DNA from: Angustibacter luteus
Lineage (GTDB): Bacteria; Actinomycetota; Actinomycetes; Actinomycetales; Angustibacteraceae
DNA: 64,000 bases
Direction: 5' to 3'
NCBI RefSeq assembly: GCF_039541115.1
Contig: NZ_BAABFP010000002.1
Location: 372,001 to 436,000, forward strand
The first letter of the stretch is position 1. Each line of letters starts with the position of its first letter. Under the pieces are notes generated by a model. It had not been told where the DNA came from and did not search any database. It saw only the letters and a list, made by a program, of their open reading frames with translations. Below, piece by piece: positions 18,965 to 29,291 of this stretch. The position numbers and the translations under genes are program-made.

Positions 18965-20674
18965 ATGCTGCCCACCCGCACCACGTACCAGCGCAGCTTC
19001 GTGCGCGCCGACGTGGTGGCCGGGTTGACGGTCTGGGCCGTGCTCATCCCCGAGTCGCTGGCCTACGCCACGATCGCGGGTGTCTCGCCCGTAGTCGGCC
19101 TGTACGCCGCGGTGCCTGCCCTCGTGCTCTACGGGCTGATCGGCTCGTCGCGACATCTGGTCGTGGCGACGATGTCCGCCACCGCGACGCTCTCAGCGAG
19201 CATCGTCGCCGACTACACGATCCACTCGCCGGACAAGTTCGTCGTGGTCACGGCGGCGCTGGCGATCACCACCGGCTTGCTCGGCCTGCTGGCCGGCGTC
19301 CTGCGGCTGGGCTTCCTCGCCTCGTTCATCTCCGAGCCCGTGCTCAAGGGCTTCATCGTGGGACTGGCGCTGACCATCCTGATCGGGCAGGTCCCGAAGC
19401 TGCTCGGGGTGCCGAAGGGTGAGGGCGACTTCTTCGAGCAGCTGTGGGACCTCGTCCGGCACCTCGGCGACGTCGACGGGCTCACGGTCCTCGTCGGCGG
19501 CCTCAGCCTGTTCGCCGTCCTGGCGCTGCGCCGCTGGCTGCCGCTCGTCCCGGGCTCACTGGTCGTCGTGCTGGCGGCCATCGCCGCGGTGGCGATCTGG
19601 AACCTGGACGCGGACGGCCTGGCCATCGTGGGACCGATCACCTCGGGTCTGCCCGAGGTCGGACTACCGTCGGGAGTATCCGCGAAGGAGTACCTGGACC
19701 TGGCAGCGAGCGCCGTCGGGGTGCTGCTGATCGGGTACGCCGAGGGACTGGGGGCGGCCAAGACGTACGCCGTGCGCGACGGGTACGACATCGACGCGAA
19801 CCGCGAGCTCCTCGGTCTGGGAGCGGCGAACCTCGGCGCCGGACTGGCGTCGGGCATGGTGGTCAACGGCAGCCTCTCCAAGACCGCGGTGAACGGCGGC
19901 GCCGGTGCCAGGTCGCAGCTGTCCGGGCTGACCGTGGCGGTCCTGACGGTCATCACGCTGCTGTTCCTGACCGGGTTGTTCGAGAACCTGCCGGAGGCGA
20001 CGCTGGCGGCCGTCGTCATCGCCGCCGTCATCGAGCTCGTCGACATCCCCGCGCTGCGCCGGCTGTACGGGGTCTGGTCGAGCAGCCTGGCCTCCGTCTA
20101 CGGCTGGGGCACCCGGGTCGACTTCATCGCCGCCATCGCGGCGATGCTCGGCGTCCTGGTCTTCGACACCCTCCCGGGCCTGTTCATCGGCATCGGGGTG
20201 TCGATCCTGCTGCTGCTGTACCGCAGCACCCAGCCGCACGTGGCGCGGCTGACCCGGTCGGCGTCCGACACGTGGGTCGACGTGGAGCGGCACCCCGACC
20301 TGCCCGTCGACCAGCGGGTCGTCGTGGTCCGGGTCGAGGCCTCCCTGCTGTTCGTGAACGCCGACCACATCCGCAGCCGGATCCGCGCGATGGCCACCGA
20401 CCAGGTGCGGCTGGTGGTGCTGGACGCCGAGACCACCCCGGCGATAGACGTGACGGCGACGGAGATGCTGGCGACGCTCGCCCGGGACCTGGAGCGCACC
20501 GACATCCGGTTCGCGCTCGCGCACGGCATCGGGCAGACCCGGGACGTGCTGCGCACCGCCGGCGCCGACGACGTCGCACTGACCGGCTACACCTCCGTGG
20601 ACGAGGCGATCGCCGCGCTCGAGCCACCGATTTCGACCGAACCCGAGCACCCCGACCAGCCACCTGCACCATGA
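18965..20674 (+). CDS. SulP family anion transporter with STAS domain
   Basis: ADVVAGLTVWAVLIPESLAYA, FISEPVLKGF, NRELLGLG, GSLSKTAVN, STAS (LLFVNA...IDVT). Confidence 0.93.
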   Translation: MLPTRTTYQRSFVRADVVAGLTVWAVLIPESLAYATIAGVSPVVGLYAAVPALVLYGLIGSSRHLVVATMSATATLSASIVADYTIHSPDKFVVVTAALAITTGLLGLLAGVLRLGFLASFISEPVLKGFIVGLALTILIGQVPKLLGVPKGEGDFFEQLWDLVRHLGDVDGLTVLVGGLSLFAVLALRRWLPLVPGSLVVVLAAIAAVAIWNLDADGLAIVGPITSGLPEVGLPSGVSAKEYLDLAASAVGVLLIGYAEGLGAAKTYAVRDGYDIDANRELLGLGAANLGAGLASGMVVNGSLSKTAVNGGAGARSQLSGLTVAVLTVITLLFLTGLFENLPEATLAAVVIAAVIELVDIPALRRLYGVWSSSLASVYGWGTRVDFIAAIAAMLGVLVFDTLPGLFIGIGVSILLLLYRSTQPHVARLTRSASDTWVDVERHPDLPVDQRVVVVRVEASLLFVNADHIRSRIRAMATDQVRLVVLDAETTPAIDVTATEMLATLARDLERTDIRFALAHGIGQTRDVLRTAGADDVALTGYTSVDEAIAALEPPISTEPEHPDQPPAP

Positions 20675-20730
20675 CCGGCTTCACCGACGACCGAGGGGCC
20701 GGACCTCGGCCCGAACAGGGGACATGACCG

Positions 20731-23082
20731 ATGGCACATAAGGACCGCAGCACCAGCCTCCCGCTCCCGGACCAGCCGTTCAGCGGGCCGATGTCCTACG
20801 ACGCCAAGCACATGGACACCAAGCTCCCGCCGATCACCGCCAAGCGGCCGCCGCAGGGCGCGCCGAACGTGCTGGTGATCCTGCTGGACGACGTCGGCTT
20901 CGGCGCCTCCAGCGCGTTCGGCGGGCCGGTGACGATGCCGACGGCGGAGCGGCTGGCCGGGGAGGGACTGCGGTACACCCGGTTCCACACGACCGCGATC
21001 TGCTCGCCGACCCGGGCCGCCCTGCTGTCGGGCCGCAACCACCACCAGGTCGGCATGGGGCACATCACCGAGACGGCGACGCCGTCGCCCGGCTACCGCA
21101 GCACCCGCCCGAACTCGACGACACCGCTGCCGGAGATCCTGCGGCAGAACGGGTACAACACCGCCCAGTTCGGCAAGTGCCACGAGGTGCCGGTGTGGGA
21201 GTCCGGCCCGACCGGCCCGTTCGACCACTGGCCGGCGTTCTCCGGCTTCGAGCGCTTCTACGGCTTCATCGGCGGCGAGACGAACCAGTGGACGCCAGCC
21301 CTGGTCGACGGCGTGACCGCCGTCGAGGCGCCGGACGTCGACGGCTACCACCTCATGCCCGACCTGGCGGACAAGGCGATCGAGTACATCCGGCAGCAGA
21401 AGAGCCTGACCCCGGACAAGCCGTTCTTCACCTACTTCGCGCCCGGCGCGACGCACACCCCGCACCACGTCCCGCAGGAGTGGATCGAGCGCTGGCGCGG
21501 CACGTTCGACCAGGGCTGGGACCAGCTGCGCGAGGAGACGTTCGCCCGGCAGAAGGAGCTCGGCGTCATCGCGGCGGACTGCGACCTGACCGAGCGGTCG
21601 GAGGGCATCAAGGCCTGGGCCGACGTCGACGACGACGTGAAGCCGATCCTGAGCCGGCAGATGGAGGTCTACGCCGCGTTCCTGGAGTACGCGGACCACC
21701 ACACCGGCCGGGTCATCGACGCCCTGGAGGACCTGGGCATCCTGGACGACACGCTCATCTACTACATCATCGGCGACAACGGCGCCTCGGCCGAGGGCGG
21801 CGCCGAGGGCACGTTCATGATCACCACGACCGCCAACGGCGGTGCGGACCTGCAGACCGTCGAGTTCTGGAACGAGCACCTGGACCAGCTGGGCGGCCCG
21901 CACGCCTACAACCACTACGCCTTCGGCTGGGCGCACGCGCTCTGCACGCCGTACCAGTGGACCAAGCAGGTCGCCTCGCACTACGGCGGCACCCGCAACG
22001 GGACGATCGTGCACTGGCCGGCGAAGATCACCGCCAAGGGCGAGGTCCGCCACCAGTGGCACCACGTGATCGACGTCGCGCCGACGATCCTCGAGCTGGC
22101 CGACATCGCCGAACCGCACACCGTCAACGGGGTCACCCAGATCCCGATCCAAGGTGTCTCGATGGCCTACTCGTTCAACGACTCCGACGCCGAGGACCGG
22201 CACGTCACGCAGTACTTCGAGATGATGGGCAACCGCGGGATCTACCACCAGGGCTGGTCGGCGTGCACCCTGCACCGCAGCCCCTTCGACCTGCTGGCCA
22301 CCGCGCACCCGTTCGACGCCGACAACTGGGAGCTGTACGACACGACCAAGGACTGGTCCCAGGCGCACGACCTGTCGAAGGAGATGCCGGAGAAGCTGGC
22401 CGAGCTGCAGCAGCTGTGGCTGATCGAAGCGGTGCGACACAACGTGCTGCCGATGGACGATCGCGGCGCCGAGCGGATGAACCCGGTGATCGCCGGCCGC
22501 CCGACCCTGGTCGAGGGGACCAGCCTGCGGCTGTACCCGGGCATGACCCGGCTGAACGAGAACGTCGCGCTGAGCGTGAAGAACCGGTCGTACTCGGTGA
22601 CCGCCGAGATCGACGTCCCGGAGTCCGGCGTGGACGGGGCGATCGTCGTCCAGGGTGGGCGCACCGGCGGGTGGGGACTGGTGGCGACCGAGGGCAGGCT
22701 CGCGTACCACTACAACTTCTGCGGGCTGATCGCGACGACCGTCGTCGCCGACGCGGCGCTGCCCACCGGCACCCACCAGGTGCGGGCGGAGTTCGCGTAC
22801 GACGGCGGCGGGATCGGCCGGGGCGGGGACGTGACGCTGTACGTCGACGGCGAGCCCGCGGGCGGCGGCCGGGTCGAGAAGACCCACCCGATGTACTTCT
22901 CGTTCGACGAGGGCATGGATCTCGGGCTGGACTCGGGGATGCCTGTGTTCGAGGGGTACACCACGCCGAAGGGCGCGTTCACCGGCACGATCGCCTGGGG
23001 TCAGGTCGACCTCGGCGACGACGACCACAGCCACCTCATCGACCCGGAGGCGCACCTCGCCGCCGCCATGCTGCACCAGTAG
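20731..23082 (+). CDS. Arylsulfatase (Cys-type, formylglycine-dependent)
   Basis: PNVLVILLDDVGFG, CSPTRAALLSGR, FGKCH, GDNG; AtsA/AtsD-like C-terminal domain. Confidence 0.95.
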   Translation: MAHKDRSTSLPLPDQPFSGPMSYDAKHMDTKLPPITAKRPPQGAPNVLVILLDDVGFGASSAFGGPVTMPTAERLAGEGLRYTRFHTTAICSPTRAALLSGRNHHQVGMGHITETATPSPGYRSTRPNSTTPLPEILRQNGYNTAQFGKCHEVPVWESGPTGPFDHWPAFSGFERFYGFIGGETNQWTPALVDGVTAVEAPDVDGYHLMPDLADKAIEYIRQQKSLTPDKPFFTYFAPGATHTPHHVPQEWIERWRGTFDQGWDQLREETFARQKELGVIAADCDLTERSEGIKAWADVDDDVKPILSRQMEVYAAFLEYADHHTGRVIDALEDLGILDDTLIYYIIGDNGASAEGGAEGTFMITTTANGGADLQTVEFWNEHLDQLGGPHAYNHYAFGWAHALCTPYQWTKQVASHYGGTRNGTIVHWPAKITAKGEVRHQWHHVIDVAPTILELADIAEPHTVNGVTQIPIQGVSMAYSFNDSDAEDRHVTQYFEMMGNRGIYHQGWSACTLHRSPFDLLATAHPFDADNWELYDTTKDWSQAHDLSKEMPEKLAELQQLWLIEAVRHNVLPMDDRGAERMNPVIAGRPTLVEGTSLRLYPGMTRLNENVALSVKNRSYSVTAEIDVPESGVDGAIVVQGGRTGGWGLVATEGRLAYHYNFCGLIATTVVADAALPTGTHQVRAEFAYDGGGIGRGGDVTLYVDGEPAGGGRVEKTHPMYFSFDEGMDLGLDSGMPVFEGYTTPKGAFTGTIAWGQVDLGDDDHSHLIDPEAHLAAAMLHQ

Positions 23083-23084
23083 CG

Positions 23085-24470
23085 CTATCGGGCGCCGTTC
23101 GCTCCGACGGCGCTGTCCCCCACCGCCGCGGCCTCGGTGCGGGCGTAGCGGCCGATCAGCGGCAGTGTCGCCGCGACCAGCAGCGCGGGCACGAGCGAGA
23201 AGCCGATCGCGATCCCGTTCAGGGCGGCCCCGCCCTGCCGCACCGGCTCGTCGAACGTCGACGAGGCGAAGCCGGTGAAGGCCAGGACGAGCGCGAAGAC
23301 CCCGGGCCCGACCGCGAAGGCCGCGGTCTCCAGTGCGGCGAAGGCACCGGAGAACACGCCCGCCTGCTGCTGCCCGGTGCGCTCGGCGTCGACCAGGATC
23401 GTGTCCGGCAGCAGCGCGAACGGGAGCATCTGCTGGCCACCGAAGGCCACGCCCATGAGCAGCACCAGGCCCAGGACCAGCGCGACGCCCCCCGACAGCA
23501 CCGCCGGCAGCAGCGCCAGGCACACCACGGCCAGCCCGGCGGTGCAGAGCCGGTAGCAGCGCACCTTGCCGATCCGGCCGGCCAGCCTGGCCCACAGGGG
23601 CACCGCGACGATCCCCGGCGCGACCAGTGCGACGAACAGCAGCGACGTCAGCCCGTAGTCGTCGAGCCGGTACGTCGCGACGTACGCGACCGCCGCCTGC
23701 ATCATCGCGATGCCGAGCACCTGCGGCACGTAGCAGGCCGCCAGCAGCACGAAGGCGCGGTTGCCGCGGGCCTGCGCGAGCGTTCCGCGCAGCCCCAGCT
23801 GCTGCTGGCCGCCCCGCGAGGGCACCCACCGGGTGGACCGGGTGGCCACGAGCAGCGCGACGAACGCCACCGCCCCCATCGCCACGCCCATCAGCAGGTG
23901 CCCCGGGTGCCCGCCCCCGCCGGCGGTGATGAGCAGCGGCGCCAGCCCGCCGCCGAGCAGGATGCCCAGGGTCAGCGCGACGATCCGCCAGCTCATCACC
24001 CGGGTGCGCTCCCCGGCGTCCGCGGACATCTCGGTGGGCAGCGACACGTACGGCACCTGGAAGAACGCGAACGCCGTCGCCGCCAGCAGGTACGCGCCGA
24101 GCACCCAGAGCAGCCCGGCCGTGCCGTCGGCCGGGCTGGCGAACATCACCGCGAACCCCACCGGCAGGGTGCAGGTGCCGACCAGCAGGAGCCGGGTCCG
24201 GTGGCCGGTGCGGCCGGCCTCGCGGTCGCTCCACAGGCCGACCACCGGGTTGAACAGCACGTCCCACGCCTTGGGCAGGACGACGACGACGCCGGCGGCA
24301 GCCGCTGGAACCCCCAGCGTGTCGGTGAGGTAGAACAGGAGGAGCAGCCCGGGCACCGTCGAGAACAGCGCCGTGCCCACGCTGCCCACGGCGAAGCCGG
24401 CCAGCCGGGTGCGCGGCACGGACGTCGCCACCGGGGTGGTCGACCGGCTGGTGGACTGGTCGCCGGCCAT
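23085..24470 (-). CDS. MFS transporter, glycoside-pentoside-hexuronide (MelB-like) family
   Basis: LLFYLTDTLG, WDVLFNPVVGLWSDR, FQVPYVSLPTEMS...ERT, LLPDTI. Confidence 0.87.
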   Translation of the reverse strand: MAGDQSTSRSTTPVATSVPRTRLAGFAVGSVGTALFSTVPGLLLLFYLTDTLGVPAAAAGVVVVLPKAWDVLFNPVVGLWSDREAGRTGHRTRLLLVGTCTLPVGFAVMFASPADGTAGLLWVLGAYLLAATAFAFFQVPYVSLPTEMSADAGERTRVMSWRIVALTLGILLGGGLAPLLITAGGGGHPGHLLMGVAMGAVAFVALLVATRSTRWVPSRGGQQQLGLRGTLAQARGNRAFVLLAACYVPQVLGIAMMQAAVAYVATYRLDDYGLTSLLFVALVAPGIVAVPLWARLAGRIGKVRCYRLCTAGLAVVCLALLPAVLSGGVALVLGLVLLMGVAFGGQQMLPFALLPDTILVDAERTGQQQAGVFSGAFAALETAAFAVGPGVFALVLAFTGFASSTFDEPVRQGGAALNGIAIGFSLVPALLVAATLPLIGRYARTEAAAVGDSAVGANGAR

Positions 24471-24538
24471 CGGCCTCCTGTCCGGCTCGTCGTGGAAGAG
24501 TGTCGGTGCAGCGGATCACACGTTAGGGGTAGTGCTCG

Positions 24539-25171
24539 ATGTCGGACGACGACCTGCCGGCCTTTCGCCGGCAGCCGGGTCAGCAGCGCAGCCGTGACCG
24601 CGTCGAGCACATCCTGGACGTCGCCGCCGAGCTCATCGTGCGTGACGGCATCGACGCGACGTCCATGAGCGCCCTGGCCAAGGCCGCGAAGGTGTCCCTC
24701 CCGTCGATCTACCGCTACTTCCCGAACAAGCAGGCGATCCTCCACACCCTGCTGGAACGCACGGCCCAGCGGGTGCGCGCGATGGTGCTGGCCTCGGTCG
24801 GTGACGTCGGGTCGACCCAGGACGCGCTGGCCGGGATGACCGTGGCCATGCGCGCCTACTGGCAGCTGTTCCGGGACGACCCGACGTTCGCCGGCATCTG
24901 GGCCGCGGCCGCCTCCGTGCCCGCGCTGGTGCAGCAGGACCTGGAGGACACCCGGCTGACCGGCGGGATGCTGGCCGAGGCGGTCCGGGACATCGTGCCC
25001 GCCGACCGCGCCGAGCACCTCGACGTCATCGGCTACATGTGCGTCTCGCTCGCGACGTCGAGCGTGCGGCTGGCCGCACAGCTGCCCGACGCGGACGCCG
25101 AGGTCGTCATCACGACCATGACGGACCGCATCCTGCCGGCCGCACTGGGGCTGCCGCCGCGCACCGACTAG
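24539..25171 (+). CDS. TetR/AcrR family regulator
   Basis: RRQPGQQRSRDRVEHILDVA...SIYRYFPNKQAI; divergent from the MFS gene. Confidence 0.92.
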   Translation: MSDDDLPAFRRQPGQQRSRDRVEHILDVAAELIVRDGIDATSMSALAKAAKVSLPSIYRYFPNKQAILHTLLERTAQRVRAMVLASVGDVGSTQDALAGMTVAMRAYWQLFRDDPTFAGIWAAAASVPALVQQDLEDTRLTGGMLAEAVRDIVPADRAEHLDVIGYMCVSLATSSVRLAAQLPDADAEVVITTMTDRILPAALGLPPRTD

Positions 25172-25189
25172 GACGGCTAGGGGCGCAGC

Positions 25190-25939
25190 TCACTCCTGGA
25201 AGCTGGGCACCGCCGCCCGGGTGGCGTCCGCGCGACCCTTGGGCTCCTCCCACTCCTCCTGACGACCGAGCGCCGTCATGTCCAAGAAGGCGTAGGCGCC
25301 ACCGAGCTGCTCGCTCCCGCGGGCGAACGTGGAGTAGGTGTGGAACACCTCGTCGCCCTCGCGCAGGAAGCAGCTCATGCCGGGCTGCTCGGCGGACTCC
25401 CCCGGCTTGACCAGGCCGTCCGGCCAGCCGTGCTCGCGCCAGTCGGCGTCGCTGCGGTAGTTGTACTCCGGCACCGCCTTGTCGGCGTCCATCGTGACGT
25501 GGAAGTCGTAGTTGAAGTCGCTGCCGTACGAGGAGTACCAGGGCACGTCCCAGCCCTTGCGGGCTGCGTAGTCCACGATCTTCGCCAGGGGTGCGCGGGA
25601 CACCAGCGCGAACGTGGTGTCCCGGGAGCTGACGTGCTCGAGCAGCCCCGGGGACAGCTCGTCGATCCCGGCGCTGCAGCTGGGGCAGGCGTCGTCCCAC
25701 GACGGGTCGAACATGACGTGCTGCACGATCAGCTGGCGCCGTCCCTCGAACAGGTCGGCCAGGCCGACCTCGCCGCCCGGCCCGGCGAACCGGTAGTCCT
25801 TCTCGACCCGGACCATGGGCAGGCGCCGGCGGTCGGCGTTCAGCGCGTCCAGGTCGCGGCGGTACTGCTTCTCCCGAGCGAGCAGCTCGACGCGGGCCGC
25901 GCGCCACTCCTCGGGCGAGACGATGTCGGGCAGGGTCAT
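25190..25939 (-). CDS. DUF899 family thioredoxin-like protein
   Basis: LLAREK...RRRLPMV, LFEGRRQL, CPSCS, SDFNYDF, HTYST, GRQEEWE. Confidence 0.9.
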   Translation of the reverse strand: MTLPDIVSPEEWRAARVELLAREKQYRRDLDALNADRRRLPMVRVEKDYRFAGPGGEVGLADLFEGRRQLIVQHVMFDPSWDDACPSCSAGIDELSPGLLEHVSSRDTTFALVSRAPLAKIVDYAARKGWDVPWYSSYGSDFNYDFHVTMDADKAVPEYNYRSDADWREHGWPDGLVKPGESAEQPGMSCFLREGDEVFHTYSTFARGSEQLGGAYAFLDMTALGRQEEWEEPKGRADATRAAVPSFQE

Positions 25940-25995
25940 CCGGGCCTCCTGGGATCAGGGTCGTCGCGGGGGTAGACCGGGGACGCCGTCCGGAC

Positions 25996-26535
25996 TCATC
26001 GCCGCCAGACGAACTGGCGCGTCGTCAGGCCGAACCACCGGTCGGTCGGGCCCTCGTCGACCATGTCGAGCCGGCCGCAGACGGCCTGCGACTTCACGTT
26101 GTCGAGGTCGGTGAGCGCCAGGACGCGACGGAGGCCGGCCGCGTGGCCGGCGTCGAGCAGCGCGCGGGCGGCCCGGGTCACCAGGCCGCGGCCCTCGAAG
26201 TCCGGGTGGAGGTGCCAGCCGACCTCGACCTCCGTGGTCGGGCCGTCCGCGTCCTCGAGCGGCAGCAGCAGGACCGTGCCGACCGGGTGGTCGAGGTCGT
26301 TCCCGTCGACGGTCGGCACCAGCGCCCACAGCCCGAGCGGTGCGGCGAACCTTTCCCCCACGGCCTGCCAGCGGTCCAGGCGGACCCGGGCCTCGTCGAC
26401 GTCCGTCACCGCCGCCCGGGGTTGCGCCCCCAGCCAGCGCATGACCTCCCAGCGGGAGTAGAGGTCGAAGTAGGCGTCCAGGTCGTCGCCCTGCCATGGA
26501 CGCAGCAGCAGGTCCGGGGTTCGCAGCAGCTCCAC
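25996..26535 (-). CDS. GNAT (RimJ/RimL-like) N-acetyltransferase
   Basis: LRTPDLLLRPW, EVGWHLHPDFEGRGLVT, NVKSQAVCGRL. Confidence 0.88.
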   Translation of the reverse strand: MELLRTPDLLLRPWQGDDLDAYFDLYSRWEVMRWLGAQPRAAVTDVDEARVRLDRWQAVGERFAAPLGLWALVPTVDGNDLDHPVGTVLLLPLEDADGPTTEVEVGWHLHPDFEGRGLVTRAARALLDAGHAAGLRRVLALTDLDNVKSQAVCGRLDMVDEGPTDRWFGLTTRQFVWRR

Positions 26536-26562
26536 GTCCTCGACCCTAGTGACCGGCCGGAA

Positions 26563-27312
26563 TCACCGTCGAGCCTCGATCAGGTGCCGGGTGGAGTGCG
26601 CGACGAACGGGCCGCGCTCACGGATTTCGAGGTCGAGCGACTGCAACCGGTCGCGGTAGCGCGCGACCGAGAAGTCGGGGACCCACCAGACGCACTTGCG
26701 CAGGATGAACACGACCGCGCCGATGTCGAGGAACTCCATCCGGCACCCGGCGGTCCGCAGGTCGACGACGGCCAGACCTGCCGCTTCGGCGTCGGCTGAC
26801 TCCTGGCGAGGGTCCCGGCCGGCCCGCTGCTCGGGCAGCGGCCCGAGCAGGTACTCGATCAGCTCGAAGGCGGACGCCGGACCGACGTGCTGGGCCAGGT
26901 AGCGGCCGCCTGGGGTGAGCACCCGCGCGATCTCGGCCCAGTCCGGCCGCACCGGGTGCCGGCTCGTCACCAGCTCGAAGCTCGCGTCCGGGAACGGCAG
27001 CGGGCTCTCGTCGTCCAACACGACCACGTCGACCCCGCGCGGCCCGAGCAGAGCGCGGGCCCGCTCCGCGTTCGGCGCCCAGCCCTCCGTCGCGCACATC
27101 CGCGCCGGCAGCTCGGGCATCTCGGCCAGCACCTCACCGCCGCCCGTGTCGAGGTCGAGAGCCGACCTGACCGTGCGCAGCCGGCCGGCCAGCAGACGCG
27201 CATAGCCCCAGGGCGGGCGCTCCTCGCTCGCCCGACCATCGAGCCAGTCGAAGCCCCAGCCCGTCACGTCGGCCCGATCGGCCTCCGAGACGAGCTCGTC
27301 GAAGGTGCGCAC
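26563..27312 (-). CDS. Class I SAM-dependent methyltransferase
   Basis: GWGFDWL, LDLDTGGGE, LPFPDASFELV, RVLTPGG; GTG start 27312 inferred. Confidence 0.88.
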   Translation of the reverse strand: MRTFDELVSEADRADVTGWGFDWLDGRASEERPPWGYARLLAGRLRTVRSALDLDTGGGEVLAEMPELPARMCATEGWAPNAERARALLGPRGVDVVVLDDESPLPFPDASFELVTSRHPVRPDWAEIARVLTPGGRYLAQHVGPASAFELIEYLLGPLPEQRAGRDPRQESADAEAAGLAVVDLRTAGCRMEFLDIGAVVFILRKCVWWVPDFSVARYRDRLQSLDLEIRERGPFVAHSTRHLIEARR

Positions 27313-27395
27313 CCAGCCATCCTCCGGCCGCGCCCGGCGCCGCGCCATCCGTTTGGGAGCGCCGTTCGGTGGATAGCGAGACCAGCGCCCTCAAG

Positions 27396-29291
27396 ATGGT
27401 CACGCGTCCCACCGACAGCACCGCAGTGACGACCAGCCCTGCGGTGGCGATGACCGCGACGATCAACGGACTGCGGGTGTTCACCGCCGCCGCCGACGGC
27501 CCCACCCGGGCCGCCCTGACGTTCCGGGTCGGCTGGGCCGACGAGACACTCGTGGAGCACGGGATCAGCCACCTGGTCGAGCACCTGGTGCTGGCCCCAC
27601 TCGGCCGCCCGCAGTTCACCTGGAACGGCACCACGTCGGCGGAGCGCGTCACGTTCTGGTGCGAGGGCACCGAGGAGCAGGTCGCCTGGTTCCTCACCGC
27701 GGTGGCCGCCAACATCCGTGAGCTTCCGCTGAGCCAGCTGGAGCTCGAGAAGAACCTCATCCGCGCCGAGGCCTGCCACCGCCAGGGCGGTGTGACCGGG
27801 ATCCACGACCTGTGGCGTTGGGGCACCGAGGGCCACGGGCTCGGCGTGTACGACGAGCTCGGTCTCGACCGGGTCGACCCGGCACCGGTGCAGGTCTGGG
27901 CGGCTCGGTACCTGACGGCCGAGAACGGCGTCCTCTGGACGACGAGCAGCCAGCCACCCTCGCTCGACCTGCCCCGCGGCCAGGCAGTTCCGGCGGCCGA
28001 TACCGGCCCGTGGCGGGCCACGACCCTGCCGTCGTCCTTCCCGCTCGACGGCACCCGGGTGACGCTGTCGGCCGAGCTGCCGTTCGGCCACTGGGCGGGG
28101 GTCGTCGGGCACCTGCTCGCCAAGCGGATGCTGGACCGGCTCCGGTACACCGAGGGCATCAGCTACAGCACCGACTACGACGTCACCTCCGTCGGCCGGG
28201 ACGTCCGCCGCCTGCTCGTCACCGTGGACGGCCTGCCAGATCGCATGCAGCAGGTAGCGGAGGGCGCCGTCGAGGTGCTGGACGAGCTCGCGCGCACCGG
28301 CCCGACGGCCGAGGAGCTCGCGGAGGTCCTCACCTCCTTCGACCGGCAGCAGGAGGGCGGCACGGCCGCCCTGGCCGAGCTCGCCCGCCTCAGCGACGAC
28401 TACCTGACCGGGCGCCCCAGCCGTCCGGCCATGGCCCTGCGCGACGAGCTGCGCGCGCTGACCCCGGCGCAGGTCGCCGGGTTCGTCGCGGCGATGCGCC
28501 CGACCATGCTGTGGAGCGCCCCACCCGGGGTGACCGTGCCGGGCTGCCCGCAGGCATCCGGTCAGAGCGAACGGCGGGTCACCGGCACCCGGTGGACGCC
28601 GCCCCGCGGGCAGCTGCAGACCTCCTACGTCGACGTGTCCGACCAGGGGATCACGTTCGTGGCCGAGCAGGCCGAGGTCTGCCTGACCGTGCCGTGGACC
28701 GAGTGCACGGCCATGGTGGCCTACGACGACGGCACCCGCCGGCTCATCGGCCGGGACGGCTTCGCCTTCACGCTGTTCCCGGAGCGCTGGGACCGCTGGG
28801 CGCAGCTGAGTGCCGAGCTCGACCGGCACGTGCCGGCCGGCCGCACCAGCCACCAGCGCACGGCGCCGAACCGGGAGGCGCCGCGGCCACCGGTGATCGA
28901 GGTGACCGGCACCAGCGACGGCGCCTGGATCACGCTCGGCGTGGTCGGGCTCCTGTTCGCCGTCCTGGTCGGTTTCGCGGCGGTCGCCGACGGTCTCGAC
29001 GTCGGCGTGCTGGCCGTGGCCGTCGTCCTCGCGGGTGTGAGCGCACTGCCGCTCTGGCACGTGCGCCGGCGCCGCGAGCGTCGGCGCAACGGGTACGAGC
29101 CGGTGAAGGTGCGGCGCTACCAGGGGGTCGCCGCCTGGCCGACCCGGTACGTGGTGGCCGGACTCGTGCTCTCGGCGGTCGGTGCGGTCGCCCTCCTGCT
29201 CGGACGCGCCGTCGTCCCCGGTGTCCTGCTCGGCGGCGTGGCCGTCCGGGCCGGCCGCGAGCTGTCCCGCCGCAGCAAGCGCGGCAGCTAG
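27396..29291 (+). CDS. M16 (insulinase) family metallopeptidase-like protein with C-terminal membrane domain
   Basis: FRVG..DE, inverted zincin HLVEH, NGTT, EKNLIRAE, LRYTEGISY; about 4 TM at the C-terminus; start uncertain (27369/27396/27450). Confidence 0.75.
   Translation: MVTRPTDSTAVTTSPAVAMTATINGLRVFTAAADGPTRAALTFRVGWADETLVEHGISHLVEHLVLAPLGRPQFTWNGTTSAERVTFWCEGTEEQVAWFLTAVAANIRELPLSQLELEKNLIRAEACHRQGGVTGIHDLWRWGTEGHGLGVYDELGLDRVDPAPVQVWAARYLTAENGVLWTTSSQPPSLDLPRGQAVPAADTGPWRATTLPSSFPLDGTRVTLSAELPFGHWAGVVGHLLAKRMLDRLRYTEGISYSTDYDVTSVGRDVRRLLVTVDGLPDRMQQVAEGAVEVLDELARTGPTAEELAEVLTSFDRQQEGGTAALAELARLSDDYLTGRPSRPAMALRDELRALTPAQVAGFVAAMRPTMLWSAPPGVTVPGCPQASGQSERRVTGTRWTPPRGQLQTSYVDVSDQGITFVAEQAEVCLTVPWTECTAMVAYDDGTRRLIGRDGFAFTLFPERWDRWAQLSAELDRHVPAGRTSHQRTAPNREAPRPPVIEVTGTSDGAWITLGVVGLLFAVLVGFAAVADGLDVGVLAVAVVLAGVSALPLWHVRRRRERRRNGYEPVKVRRYQGVAAWPTRYVVAGLVLSAVGAVALLLGRAVVPGVLLGGVAVRAGRELSRRSKRGS

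Noticed and set aside
17735..20674. Apparent 979-aa SulP with long N-terminal extension
   Set aside because: The extension is antisense to the FUSC gene; SulP homology starts at ATG 18965.
20587..24668. Very long ORFs 20587-24519 (-, 1310 aa) and 21177-24668 (+, 1163 aa)
   Set aside because: Shadow frames of the sulfatase and MFS genes; Arg/Gly/Pro-rich with no motifs, as expected from stop-codon scarcity in high-GC DNA.
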